A stretch of DNA of 64,000 nucleotides from contig OY843751.1 in assembly GCA_963693055.1 (NCBI GenBank), positions 4,768,001-4,832,000 on the forward strand. Direction: 5' to 3'. Source of the DNA: a bacterium. Its GTDB lineage: Bacteria; Zhuqueibacterota; Zhuqueibacteria; Residuimicrobiales; Krinioviventaceae. Shown piece after piece: positions 31,606 through 41,483 of the stretch (the first letter of the stretch is position 1; every line of letters begins with the position of its first letter). The position numbers and the translations under genes were made by a program. The notes beneath the pieces were generated by a model. It was not told the origin of the DNA. It did not search any database and saw only the letters and a list, made by a program, of their open reading frames with translations.

Positions 31606-32729
31606 TCTATTTTCCCAAGCCCGATCATTTTTTCAAATCTTGTGTCATAGTGCTCAATGATATTTTGCCAATCATATGGTTCGGCAATCTCTCTATAGGT
31701 ATTTTTTCTTAAAGTTTCAACATTCTCCATTGCATTTTTGACTCTTTTGAACAGATTCTGGTTATCCGCATATATTATTTCATTACGGAATAATTCCGGG
31801 ACCAATTCCGGATATGAAAGCCGGTCAGGCAATAGCGGAAAACAACCACAATAGACCGCCTCCATTACACTGGCGCCAAAAAAGTCATGAAAAGAAGTAA
31901 CCGGAAGAATATCGGCACGCCATAACCAGTACGCGTAATTCTCGAAAGACTCTGCAAACCCCATATGCACAATTTTATCTCGTAACCGGTCTTTGACCTT
32001 GTTGAATATTTCAGGATTCTTGCTAAAATTCTCTCCAAGTACTGCAACATTAAAATCCAAACCTGCTTTATTCAAATCAAATAAACACTCAAAAAATCCA
32101 TCCGGATTTTTATCAAATTCCCATCGATGGTTCCACAAGATCAAAGGTTTGTCTTTACTTAACCCATCAGGTTTGAATGCATCAAATTTTTGCAGATCAA
32201 GCCCCAAAGACAATACCTCTGCTTTTTCTTTGATCTCATCAATACTGCGCAGTTCATTATAATCCGGAAAATGCTTTAAAAATCCAGGCAATTCAGCTAA
32301 AAAACTGTCACAATTGAACCGCGAATTAAAAAATACCCTGTCAGCAGCAAGTGCTGAAGCATAATTGATGAACCCATAATGCCGGTCTCGTTTGTATTTC
32401 ACATCCCGGTCATCGGGAGACCACGGGTAAACCAACTGGTTCTCATGACAATATAATGCAACCGGAATATGGGATGTTTGTTTGCGGGTCAGCGCTAAAA
32501 AGGTTGAAAGGTCCAGCATGTCTGTTGCTAAAATGAGATCAGGTTTCAACTTTTGTTCTATAAATTGACGCGCCAGCGTAACCGCACCGCCGTGCATTCG
32601 CCATTTCCAGAACTGTCCTTTCATAGACAGAATCTCAATCTTGTGCGAACTGTAATGCTGCAATCCTTTGGCCCAGTCTGCATGAGATCCGGTAAAATAG
32701 GGTTCAATTAATAAAATATCCAAAATCAA
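31602..32729 (-). CDS. DUF3524/GTDC1 (QTMAN-like) GT-B glycosyltransferase
   Basis: EPYFTGSH..W, WKWRMHGGA, HENQL.YP, FNSRFN, LWNHRWEFDKNP, FFG.SVMEAV.CGC.PLLP.RLSYPE. Confidence 0.85.
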   Translation of the reverse strand: MILDILLIEPYFTGSHADWAKGLQHYSSHKIEILSMKGQFWKWRMHGGAVTLARQFIEQKLKPDLILATDMLDLSTFLALTRKQTSHIPVALYCHENQLVYPWSPDDRDVKYKRDRHYGFINYASALAADRVFFNSRFNCDSFLAELPGFLKHFPDYNELRSIDEIKEKAEVLSLGLDLQKFDAFKPDGLSKDKPLILWNHRWEFDKNPDGFFECLFDLNKAGLDFNVAVLGENFSKNPEIFNKVKDRLRDKIVHMGFAESFENYAYWLWRADILPVTSFHDFFGASVMEAVYCGCFPLLPDRLSYPELVPELFRNEIIYADNQNLFKRVKNAMENVETLRKNTYREIAEPYDWQNIIEHYDTRFEKMIGLGKID

Positions 32730-32987
32730 TCCTTAATAAATTTTAAAATCAATAGTAAGGTATATAACATAGAGCATTAAAAACAAAAATCAAAGTCTGA
32801 TTTATTTTTTTTTATTATCTGGCAATTTTTAATTCCAGATAATACGTATCAACCCAATTGATTACGAATACAGGAATAAGAATTCCACCCTTCGTGTTAT
32901 AAAAGCCGAATTCGGAGGTGCTATTTTCAAAATGAAATATTTTACAGAAATAACTGTTTATTGACAGATTATTTTTCTCCAAAGCAC

Positions 32988-33001
32988 TTGAACCGGTTCA
33001 A
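32988..33001. promoter_or_regulatory. Perfect 14-bp palindrome, putative operator upstream of pnt
   Basis: TTGAACCGGTTCAA, located downstream of a TTGACA at 32961. Confidence 0.45.
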
Positions 33002-33058
33002 ATTCTTTATAAACAATTCATACAGAATCATAAACCTTAGATTCGACAAGGAGTTATA

Positions 33059-34210
33059 ATGAAAATCGCAGTCCCCAAAGAGATCATTGCCGGCGAAGAG
33101 CGGGTAGCCCTTGTTCCCGCTGTTGTCGGAAAACTGGTAAAATCGGAATACAATGTTGCTGTCGAAACCGGAGCCGGTACAGCATCCGGTTATACGGACG
33201 AGCAATATAAAGAAGCGGGAGCTTCTATTGCCAACTCTGTTTCCGAGGTATATAACGGGGCCAATGTTGTTCTCAAAGTTCGTCCTCCGGTAGAACACCC
33301 CACGGAAAAGAAACACGAAGCCGAGCTCATGCCGGATGGCTCTTTGCTGATCAGCTTTTTAGAAATACTTAGAAACCCCGCAATTGCTGAAACATTGGCA
33401 AAAAACAAGGTCAATTCTCTGAGCATGGATACGGTTCCCCGTATCAGCCGCGCCCAAAGCATGGATGCACTGTCTTCTCAGGCATCTGCCGCCGGCTATA
33501 AAGCCGTATTGATCGCTGCTGAAAACTCGCACAAATTCTTTCCCATGCTTACCACTGCCGCAGGTACCATCCCTCCTGCCAAAGTTTTTGTCATTGGTGC
33601 AGGTGTTGCCGGTTTGCAGGCCATTGCCACAGCAAAGCGCCTGGGCGCCACCGTAGAAGGATTTGATATTCGCCCCGCAGCCAAAGGTGAAGTGGAAAGT
33701 CTGGGTGCCAAATTCGTAGAGGTAGACCTGGGTGAATCTACAGAAGCAGGCGGCGGTTACGCCAAAGAAGTGTCCGAAGAAGCAAAAAAGAAAGAACACG
33801 AAGCAGTACATAAACATGTAGCCATGTCCGACATTGTTATTACCACTGCTGCGGTGCCCGGTAAAAAAGCGCCCCTGCTGGTTACTGCAGATATGGTTAA
33901 AGATATGAAACCCGGCAGCGTCATTGTTGATATGGCAGTTGAACAAGGCGGCAATGTTGAAGGCTCAAAACCCGGTGAAATAGTTGAATTAAATGGTGTT
34001 AATATCATTGGGCCGGTAAACCTGCCAAGTAAAATGTCAATTCATACCAGCATGATGTATGCTAAAAATATCACATCGTTGTTGAACCTGCTTCTCAAGG
34101 AAGGTGAGGTTGTATTTGACTTTGAAGATGAGATCATCAAAGACAGTTGTATAACCCACAACGGTGAGATTGTTCACGAAAAAACCAGACAGTTATTATC
34201 AAATGCATAA
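33059..34210 (+). CDS. pntAA: NAD(P) transhydrogenase subunit alpha, part 1 (domain I)
   Basis: VPKEI.AGE.RVALVP, PRISRAQSMDALSSQ, GAGVAGLQAIATA, GGYAKE. Confidence 0.95.
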   Translation: MKIAVPKEIIAGEERVALVPAVVGKLVKSEYNVAVETGAGTASGYTDEQYKEAGASIANSVSEVYNGANVVLKVRPPVEHPTEKKHEAELMPDGSLLISFLEILRNPAIAETLAKNKVNSLSMDTVPRISRAQSMDALSSQASAAGYKAVLIAAENSHKFFPMLTTAAGTIPPAKVFVIGAGVAGLQAIATAKRLGATVEGFDIRPAAKGEVESLGAKFVEVDLGESTEAGGGYAKEVSEEAKKKEHEAVHKHVAMSDIVITTAAVPGKKAPLLVTADMVKDMKPGSVIVDMAVEQGGNVEGSKPGEIVELNGVNIIGPVNLPSKMSIHTSMMYAKNITSLLNLLLKEGEVVFDFEDEIIKDSCITHNGEIVHEKTRQLLSNA

Positions 34211-34224
34211 GAAAGGAAAGTTGT

Positions 34225-34509
34225 ATGCCTGAACAATTATTAATGGGTATAACCGTTTTTGTGTTAGCCATGTTTGTCGGCTTTGAAGTTATAACCAAAG
34301 TGCCGCCAACGTTGCATACACCACTCATGTCTGGTGCAAATGCAATTTCCGGTATTGCCATAATTGGTGCGCTGTTGGTTACAGGCCGCACAGATTTTTA
34401 TCTTGAACTTGTACTAGGTGTAGTTGCTGTTGTTTTTGCCACCATAAATGTTGTGGGTGGTTTTCTTGTTACAGACCGAATGTTGCAAATGTTTAAAAAG
34501 AAAAAGTGA
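34225..34509 (+). CDS. pntAB: NAD(P) transhydrogenase subunit alpha, part 2 (membrane)
   Basis: KVPPTLHTPLMSGANAISG, NVVGGFLVTDRML. Confidence 0.95.
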   Translation: MPEQLLMGITVFVLAMFVGFEVITKVPPTLHTPLMSGANAISGIAIIGALLVTGRTDFYLELVLGVVAVVFATINVVGGFLVTDRMLQMFKKKK

Positions 34510-34519
34510 GAAATAAATT

Positions 34520-35920
34520 ATGGATGGTTTATCAACGTTTATTACCCTGTCCTATTTGTTATCAGCCGCGCTGTTTATATTAGGACTCAAGTATATGAGT
34601 TCTCCGGCAAGTGCCCGCCGGGGAAACCTGTTGGCCGCAATTGCCATGTTTATTGCGATTGTTGTAACTTTGCTCGATCGACAAATCCTTAGCTACTCCT
34701 GGATCATTGTCGGTATTATTATCGGTTCCGTCATTGGAGCTGTTGCCGCCCGTCTTGTAAAAATGACAGCAATGCCTGAAATGGTTGGTATTTTTAATGG
34801 ATTTGGCGGTGGCGCCTCTGCACTGGTTGCGATTGCAGAATTTATTCGCTTAACCGCAGAGCCTAACCCTGTGATCCCTATGGATATTTCAATCACCACA
34901 ATCCTGGGTGTTATAATTGGTGGTATTACTTTTAGCGGCAGCTTTATTGCCTGGGGTAAACTGGCAGGCTTTATCTCCGGTTCTCCTATTACTTTTCCAT
35001 TACAAAAAGTAGTCAGCTCGCTGGTAATGGCTGCAGCAGTGGTTATTTCTGTTTATATCATTGGCTGGGTACCCGACATTGTATTGTTCTATGTGATCAT
35101 TGGTTTATCATTACTCTATGGTGTTCTGCTGGTAATCCCAATCGGTGGTGCAGATATGCCGGTTGTGGTTTCGCTGTTAAACTCTTTTTCAGGTCTGGCA
35201 GCTTGTGCCGCCGGATTTGTAGTGGGCAACAATATTCTCATCATTGCGGGTTCTCTTGTTGGCTCCGCAGGTTTAATATTAACCCAGATCATGTGTAAAG
35301 CCATGAACCGTTCACTTACCAATGTTCTCTTTAGTGCATTTGGTACAGGCGACATGGCCGCAGGCAGCACAGAAGCAGGCGGCGACAAATCGGCTCACTC
35401 GGTTGATGCTGAAGAAGCGTCTATGGTTATTGGTTATGCCCAGTCCGTTATCATTGTTCCGGGTTATGGTATGGCCGCTGCTCAGGCACAACATGCTGTA
35501 CGTGAACTTACAGAGCTGCTTGAAAGCCGGGGAGTTGAAGTAAAATTTGCTGTGCACCCCGTTGCCGGACGTATGCCTGGCCATATGAACGTATTACTGG
35601 CAGAAGCAAATGTTCCTTATAATTTGCTGCACGATATGGATGATATCAATCCTGAATTCCCACATACAGATGTTGTATTGGTTATTGGCGCGAATGATGT
35701 TATTAATCCCGCCGCGCGAGAAGACAAGTCCAGTCCCATATATGGAATGCCAATTCTGGATGTTGACAAGGCCCGTAATGTGATCATAATCAAACGTAGT
35801 TTGAATCCGGGATTTGCCGGTATCGACAATGAACTATTTTACGATTCCAAAACGCTCATGTTTTTTGGAGGTGCACGTCAGGCAGTTCAGGAAATTGTAA
35901 GCGAAGTAAAAAAATTATAA
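34520..35920 (+). CDS. pntB: NAD(P) transhydrogenase subunit beta
   Basis: MTAMPEMV, IGGADMPVVVSLLNS.SG, HPVAGRMPGHMNVLLAEA, GANDVINPAA. Confidence 0.96.
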   Translation: MDGLSTFITLSYLLSAALFILGLKYMSSPASARRGNLLAAIAMFIAIVVTLLDRQILSYSWIIVGIIIGSVIGAVAARLVKMTAMPEMVGIFNGFGGGASALVAIAEFIRLTAEPNPVIPMDISITTILGVIIGGITFSGSFIAWGKLAGFISGSPITFPLQKVVSSLVMAAAVVISVYIIGWVPDIVLFYVIIGLSLLYGVLLVIPIGGADMPVVVSLLNSFSGLAACAAGFVVGNNILIIAGSLVGSAGLILTQIMCKAMNRSLTNVLFSAFGTGDMAAGSTEAGGDKSAHSVDAEEASMVIGYAQSVIIVPGYGMAAAQAQHAVRELTELLESRGVEVKFAVHPVAGRMPGHMNVLLAEANVPYNLLHDMDDINPEFPHTDVVLVIGANDVINPAAREDKSSPIYGMPILDVDKARNVIIIKRSLNPGFAGIDNELFYDSKTLMFFGGARQAVQEIVSEVKKL

Positions 35921-35943
35921 AACCTCAACATACCCAACTCGAG

Positions 35944-35972
35944 AAAAAAGCCGGCCCTGCCCGGCTTTTTTT
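35944..35972 (+). terminator. Rho-independent terminator
   Basis: AAAAAAGCCGG-ccctgc-CCGGCTTTTTT. Confidence 0.8.
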
Positions 35973-36120
35973 CTGCCACCATTCCGCCAAAATGGCGCAC
36001 GTCATTTTGACAAAAATACGACTATCTGGCACAATATCTGCCAACCCATACAAGCCCCCAAGAAAGCATCACTTAGCACAAGTCGTTGTTTACATAAATC
36101 TTATGTATGCATTATATTTT

Positions 36121-36137
36121 TTGGCACGCAAGTTGTA
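36121..36137 (+). promoter_or_regulatory. Putative sigma54 (-24/-12) promoter of hsp20
   Basis: TTGGCACG-CAAG-TTGTA with correct -24/-12 spacing (GT instead of GC at -12); palindromes lie 80-140 bp upstream. Confidence 0.55.
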
Positions 36138-36191
36138 TAATAGCCGAGTAGAAAACGAAACATATATAAAATTAATATAAAGGAGAACATT

Positions 36192-36629
36192 ATGTATCTA
36201 GTAAGACGTAACAACCCGGCAAGCAATTTCCCACATAGTTTTGATCGTTTCTTTGAAGATTTTTGGAATGCACCCGCAGCACGTGATTATGATCAGGATT
36301 CTGTTGTATGGTCACCTCGCGTAGATGTTAAAGAAACCAAAGATGCTTATGAAGTATTGGCAGACTTGCCAGGATTGCAAAAAGAAGATATTTCTATTTC
36401 ACTGCACAACGATGTTTTAACTCTGAAAGGTGAGCGGAAATACAAAGATGAGAAAGAAGATGAAAACAGCTATTACGCTGAACGTTCTTATGGAAGCTTT
36501 TGCAGATCGTTCCAATTGCCCGCAAAAGTGAATACAGATAGTGTAAATGCAGAATACAAAGATGGTGTTTTGCACTTGTCAATCCCCAAAGCTGAAGAAG
36601 CTAAACCCCGCGATATTCAAATCAAATAG
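36192..36629 (+). CDS. Small heat shock protein (Hsp20/alpha-crystallin)
   Basis: WSPRVDVKET, DLPG, ERSYGSFCRSFQLP, AEYKDGVL.L.IPK, C-terminal IQI. Confidence 0.95.
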   Translation: MYLVRRNNPASNFPHSFDRFFEDFWNAPAARDYDQDSVVWSPRVDVKETKDAYEVLADLPGLQKEDISISLHNDVLTLKGERKYKDEKEDENSYYAERSYGSFCRSFQLPAKVNTDSVNAEYKDGVLHLSIPKAEEAKPRDIQIK

Positions 36630-36633
36630 CCTC

Positions 36634-36659
36634 AAGCCCCCGAAAGGGGGCTTTTTTTT
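36634..36659 (+). terminator. Rho-independent terminator
   Basis: AAGCCCCC-GAAA-GGGGGCTTTTTTTT. Confidence 0.9.
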
Positions 36660-36840
36660 GCACAAATTCTAAATTAATTCATTTTTTTTGAATCTTTTTG
36701 ATTTTAAATCCATCAAACAATTGAAATCTGTAAAAATATTCACAGCTTTATAGAAACGTGTGTTTTTTTAACGATTTTATATTATATTCATGTATTCTGG
36801 GTCATGAATCACAAAACTATCAGAAAGAATCGGAACAAAA

Positions 36841-38277
36841 ATGAAGAAAAAAGCATTAACATCCCTATCGATCTTGCTGACAATTATCATTGTCATTACA
36901 ATCCCGGTAATCTGGTTGCTAAATCCATCAACAGATAAAAAAGATGCCTGGGCCAATGTACCGAAAAAATTACCACAAACCAATCATGCCGATCTTTTGA
37001 AAGGACCCTTTAAAGACGGGCCCTCTGTAACCCGGGCGTGTTTGGAGTGTCATCCTGATGCCGGCGATCAGGTTATCCACTCTGCTCATTTTACATGGGA
37101 AAGCCCGGCAATAAAACTACCCGGTAGAGATGAGCCGGTTGTTTTGGGCAAAAAGCACGCAATGAATAACTTTTGCATTGGCATTACTTCAAACTGGCCC
37201 CCTTGCACCGCCTGCCATACCGGTTACGGCTGGGAGGACGATTCTTTTGACTTTACCAATCAGGAACTCATCGATTGCCTGGTCTGTCACGACCATTCAG
37301 GCCAGTATGTAAAAAGCAAAGGCGGGTACCCGGCACCGGATGTAGATCTTGTTGCTGTAGCCAAAAGTGTGGGTCCCACAACCCGAGACAACTGTGGCGG
37401 TTGTCACTTTAGAGGTGGTGGTGGTAATGCAGTAAAACATGGTGATTTGGATGAAAGTCTCTACAATCCCAGCGAGAATATCGATATCCACATGGGAAAA
37501 CATAACTTTTTATGTACCGATTGTCACCAGACCGAAAACCATAATATTAGAGGCCGATCCATATCTGTAAGTGCTGACAATGAGAATCAGGTTTATTGTA
37601 CAGATTGCCATGACCAAAAGACGCACAAAGATGAACGCATTAATACACATACAGCTTCGGTTGCCTGCCAGACTTGTCACATTCCTCATGCCGCAGTCAA
37701 AGAAGCAACCAAAATGCATTGGGACTGGTCTGAAGCAGGTAAAGATTTACCAGAAAATCCTCATGAATATTTAAAGATCAAAGGTCGTTTTGTATATGAA
37801 AAAAACATTCAACCCGATTATTTCTGGTTTAATGGAAATGCCAAACATTACGTAATGGGAGACAAAATAGATCCCACTCAACCCACATTGATGAACGAAC
37901 CGGATGGCAGCATCAAAGATCCCAATGCCAAAATCTGGCCGTTTAAACTACATACCGCTAAACAAATTTATGACCCGGTTAACAATTATTTACTGGTCCC
38001 CAAAACTTTTGGTAAGGGCGGTTTCTGGACTGAATTTGACTGGCAAAAAGCCGCAGAACTGGGTTCCGAAGCAACAGGTCTTGATTACAGCGGCCAATTT
38101 GGATTTACCAATACGGTCATGTTCTGGCCCATAACCCATATGGTGGCATCAAAAGACAAGGCATTGCAATGTATTGATTGTCACGGAGAAAGTGAAAATA
38201 CAAGAATGAACTGGTCTGCGTTGGGTTACGATGGCGACCCCATGTTGACTGGTGGAAGAAAAAATAAAAATCTATAA
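36841..38277 (+). CDS. Octaheme c-type cytochrome, tetrathionate reductase (OTR) family
   Basis: Eight CxxCH motifs; GKKH.MNNFC, CHTGYGW, GGGGNAVKHGDLD, WDWSEAG, WPITHMV; N-terminal TM anchor. Confidence 0.9.
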   Translation: MKKKALTSLSILLTIIIVITIPVIWLLNPSTDKKDAWANVPKKLPQTNHADLLKGPFKDGPSVTRACLECHPDAGDQVIHSAHFTWESPAIKLPGRDEPVVLGKKHAMNNFCIGITSNWPPCTACHTGYGWEDDSFDFTNQELIDCLVCHDHSGQYVKSKGGYPAPDVDLVAVAKSVGPTTRDNCGGCHFRGGGGNAVKHGDLDESLYNPSENIDIHMGKHNFLCTDCHQTENHNIRGRSISVSADNENQVYCTDCHDQKTHKDERINTHTASVACQTCHIPHAAVKEATKMHWDWSEAGKDLPENPHEYLKIKGRFVYEKNIQPDYFWFNGNAKHYVMGDKIDPTQPTLMNEPDGSIKDPNAKIWPFKLHTAKQIYDPVNNYLLVPKTFGKGGFWTEFDWQKAAELGSEATGLDYSGQFGFTNTVMFWPITHMVASKDKALQCIDCHGESENTRMNWSALGYDGDPMLTGGRKNKNL

Positions 38278-38294
38278 ACTATAAAGGATTCGCA

Positions 38295-40928
38295 ATGCTA
38301 AGCAAACGCTTTATATTTTTCACAGTCTTATTCACACTACTGACAGGCCAGGTTTTTTCCGAATCCCTTCACCCGGATGTAAAGTTGCTTGACCAAAACG
38401 GGAACCCTGTAATTTCCAGTGATTTACCTGTATCAACCATAAAAACCTGTGGAACCTGTCACGATGCTGAATACATTGCATCAAACAGCTATCACAGTAC
38501 TGTTGGTTTTGATAAAAATGCTGACGATGAAACTATTGATCCCGGCTTCTTTAACAATTGGGACCCTGTCATCTACCATCGTATGATGAATGATGAACTC
38601 AAAAATGGTAACCTGGGGCTTGCAAACTGGGTCATGACCTATGGTAAAAGACACGTAGGTGGCGGCCCGGCTGAATTCAACCAGTCAATGAAAAAATTGA
38701 ACGCACCCAATGCTCAATCAAGCAACACTGAAAGTCACTGGCTCAATCCCGAAACCAAAACAATAGAACCCTGGAATTGGCAAAACTCGGGAATTGTTGA
38801 AATGAACTGTTTTCTATGCCATACTCCAAATCCAGACAACCAGGCAAGAATGGATGCGCTTGAACAAGGTCACTTTAAATGGGCAAACACGGCAACATTA
38901 ACAGGTATTGCGATTAAAAATGGTGACCATTATCGCTACAATACCAACAGTATAAATCCGGATGGCACGGTAAAACGATCTGTTTTTCAGGTTACCGATC
39001 CATCGAATGAAAATTGCGGTCTCTGTCATGGACTGGTTAAAGACGATGAATCTCACCCTGTTGTGCTTACCGAATGTACTCCAGAAAATTGGTCTACTAT
39101 GACTACCGGACAGATTTTCTCACCGCAACGGATATCTGACAGTGGTTTGAATCTTGAAAATAAATCAGAGCTGGCTTATGCCTGGGATGTGCATGCGGAA
39201 AGACTTGTAAATTGTGTGGATTGCCATTTTTCAATCAACAATCCCATCTATTATCAGGAATCTGCACTTACACGGCCCGCACACCTGAATTTTGATGCAC
39301 GCCGGATGGATATTGATGATTACCTGTTAAGACCCAGTCACGACTTTGCATTCGGACCCGGCAACCATAATCCTGAAAGCAATACTTTTAGCAACAATAT
39401 GAGAAGATGCGAGTCTTGCCATAATATTGAGGCAACACACGATTGGTTACCATACAAAGAAAGACATATGCAAACCATGACTTGTGAATCCTGCCACATC
39501 CCTCATATTCGTTCAACTGCCAAACAAACTGTTGACTGGACAATGATCCACCCCGATGGTACACCAAGAACCGAATGCAGAGGTACAGATGCATCGGCCC
39601 CTAACAGCAACACATTGTTAAAAGGATACCAGCCCGTACTTTTGGGACGCATTGAACCGGATGGAAGCTCACGTCTTGCCCCCTATAACCTGATCACCTC
39701 TTGGTTTTGGGTACAGGGTGAAAAAGAAGCGCCTGTATTGTTGAGCGACCTGAAAAAAACGCTGTTAAATGGCAATGATTTTGATCCTCAGGTTGTTAAG
39801 TACCTGGATGCGAATCAAAATGGGTCTCTTGAAGACAGTGAAATGGTGTTAAACTCGGCTGAAAAAATAGATTTTATCAAATCCCGACTTTCATCTATAG
39901 GCTTGATAAATGTTGCAATCAAAGGTGAGGTGAATCCTTACGGACTACACCACAACGTTACGCATGGTGACTGGACAACCCGTACATGTGAATCCTGTCA
40001 CAGTAACAAATCTAAAATTTCTCAGCCCATGGTTCTTGCAAGCAGCTTTCCCCCGGTTGTTCCGCAAATGATAAATCGTGGTTCAATAATCCCCAAAGGC
40101 AAAGTAATCACAAAAAATAAAGTGCTGGTCTTTAAACCAGCGCCGGACAGAAATGGATACTATATTTTGGGTCACGACAAAAGTCTGGTTGCGCAAATAA
40201 TTGGCGCCTTGATATTTATATCAGTTATTATAGGAATAACCATTCATGCAACTTTGCGTGTAATTGCAACGGCAAAACACAAACATGAAAAAGGTCCCTT
40301 TAAAAGTATTTACATGTACACGGTATATGAAAGATTCTGGCATTGGATGCAGGCAATAGCCATTATTGGTTTAATTTTTACTGGCTTGACTATCCATTCT
40401 CCATTGATATTCAAGTTTATGCCCTTCCATGTTGCGGTAATTATTCACAATGTACTGGGTTTTATTTTACTGGGTAATGCATTTTTAGCTGCTTTTTATC
40501 ATTTTTCAAGTGGTAAAATCAAAAACTATTTGCCCGAACCTAAAGGGTTTTTCAGTCAGGCTATAGATCAGACCCTGTTCTACATCAAGGGCATTTTCAA
40601 AGGTCAGCCTCACCCCTTTGAAAAAGATGTTGATAAAAAACTGAATCCGTTACAAAAGATAACCTATCTTATTATATTAAATGCATTGCTGCCAATTCAA
40701 ATCATTACCGGCATTCTGATATGGGGAGCACAAAGATGGCCGGCATTGGCAGAATCGTTGGGTGGCCTGCTAATATTGGTTCCTATACATTCACTTGTTG
40801 CATGGTTCTTTGCTGCTTTTCTCATGCTGCATATATATTTAACCACTACCGGTTACACAGCTACATCTGCTATTCAGGCGATGATAATCGGATGGGAAAA
40901 AGTTCATACAAATCATAATGGAGATTAA
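38295..40928 (+). CDS. Heptaheme cytochrome c fused to a C-terminal membrane cytochrome b
   Basis: Seven CxxCH motifs (CGTCH, CFLCH, CGLCH, CVDCH, three CESCH); C-terminal YERFWHW, IHN..G, KLNPLQKITY, IHS...LHIY. Confidence 0.85.
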   Translation: MLSKRFIFFTVLFTLLTGQVFSESLHPDVKLLDQNGNPVISSDLPVSTIKTCGTCHDAEYIASNSYHSTVGFDKNADDETIDPGFFNNWDPVIYHRMMNDELKNGNLGLANWVMTYGKRHVGGGPAEFNQSMKKLNAPNAQSSNTESHWLNPETKTIEPWNWQNSGIVEMNCFLCHTPNPDNQARMDALEQGHFKWANTATLTGIAIKNGDHYRYNTNSINPDGTVKRSVFQVTDPSNENCGLCHGLVKDDESHPVVLTECTPENWSTMTTGQIFSPQRISDSGLNLENKSELAYAWDVHAERLVNCVDCHFSINNPIYYQESALTRPAHLNFDARRMDIDDYLLRPSHDFAFGPGNHNPESNTFSNNMRRCESCHNIEATHDWLPYKERHMQTMTCESCHIPHIRSTAKQTVDWTMIHPDGTPRTECRGTDASAPNSNTLLKGYQPVLLGRIEPDGSSRLAPYNLITSWFWVQGEKEAPVLLSDLKKTLLNGNDFDPQVVKYLDANQNGSLEDSEMVLNSAEKIDFIKSRLSSIGLINVAIKGEVNPYGLHHNVTHGDWTTRTCESCHSNKSKISQPMVLASSFPPVVPQMINRGSIIPKGKVITKNKVLVFKPAPDRNGYYILGHDKSLVAQIIGALIFISVIIGITIHATLRVIATAKHKHEKGPFKSIYMYTVYERFWHWMQAIAIIGLIFTGLTIHSPLIFKFMPFHVAVIIHNVLGFILLGNAFLAAFYHFSSGKIKNYLPEPKGFFSQAIDQTLFYIKGIFKGQPHPFEKDVDKKLNPLQKITYLIILNALLPIQIITGILIWGAQRWPALAESLGGLLILVPIHSLVAWFFAAFLMLHIYLTTTGYTATSAIQAMIIGWEKVHTNHNGD

Positions 40929-40934
40929 TAATAA

Positions 40935-41465
40935 ATGAAAACCAACCAAATTGAAAACGGAAAACCGTATATGAATCCCTATCTTGCAGGCACCCTGCTT
41001 GGGATCGTACTCTTTTTAGCGTTTTTCATTACAGGGAACGGATTGGGTGCATCGGGTGGTATTAATAGAATCCTACTCTATCTGGAAGACGCGGTAGCTC
41101 CAGCTCATGTAGACCGTGTACCCTATCTTTTAAGCATGGCCGGTGGAGATAAAAACCCACTAGATCACTGGATCGTCTTTTTAACCATAGGCACCTTGCT
41201 GGGAGGTTTTATATCCGGTTTAATCCATAAACGGGTAAAGTTGAAAACAGCCAAAGGCCCCAATATCACCAACTGGCAGCGCTGGGTTTTAGCGTTTGCG
41301 GGAGGTATATTTATGGGGTATGGCGCCAGAATGGCCAGAGGTTGTACTTCGGGTCAGGCACTCTCCGGAGGAGCGGTCTTGTCCGCCGGAAGCTGGGCGT
41401 TCATGTTTGCGGTTTTTGCAGGCGGTTACGCGGCTGCATGGTTTGTTAGAAAAATCTGGAATTAA
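40935..41465 (+). CDS. YeeE/YedE thiosulfate/sulfur transporter family protein
   Basis: YMNPYLAG, GLGASG, YGARMARGCTSGQALSG. Confidence 0.88.
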   Translation: MKTNQIENGKPYMNPYLAGTLLGIVLFLAFFITGNGLGASGGINRILLYLEDAVAPAHVDRVPYLLSMAGGDKNPLDHWIVFLTIGTLLGGFISGLIHKRVKLKTAKGPNITNWQRWVLAFAGGIFMGYGARMARGCTSGQALSGGAVLSAGSWAFMFAVFAGGYAAAWFVRKIWN

Positions 41466-41483
41466 AAAAGGACGGATAATAAA

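Noticed and set aside
33006-33023. Rex box upstream of pnt
   Set aside because: Only about 9 of 14 matches in AT-rich DNA.
33190-35829. Numerous antisense or alternate-frame ORFs over pnt (and likewise over the giant genes, TBDR, mevalonate genes and guaB)
   Set aside because: Shadow ORFs of well-supported genes, with no independent motifs.
36072-36100. CIRCE element before hsp20 (TTAGCAC...)
   Set aside because: Only a partial left arm is present; there is no GAGTGCTAA right arm at 9-nt spacing.
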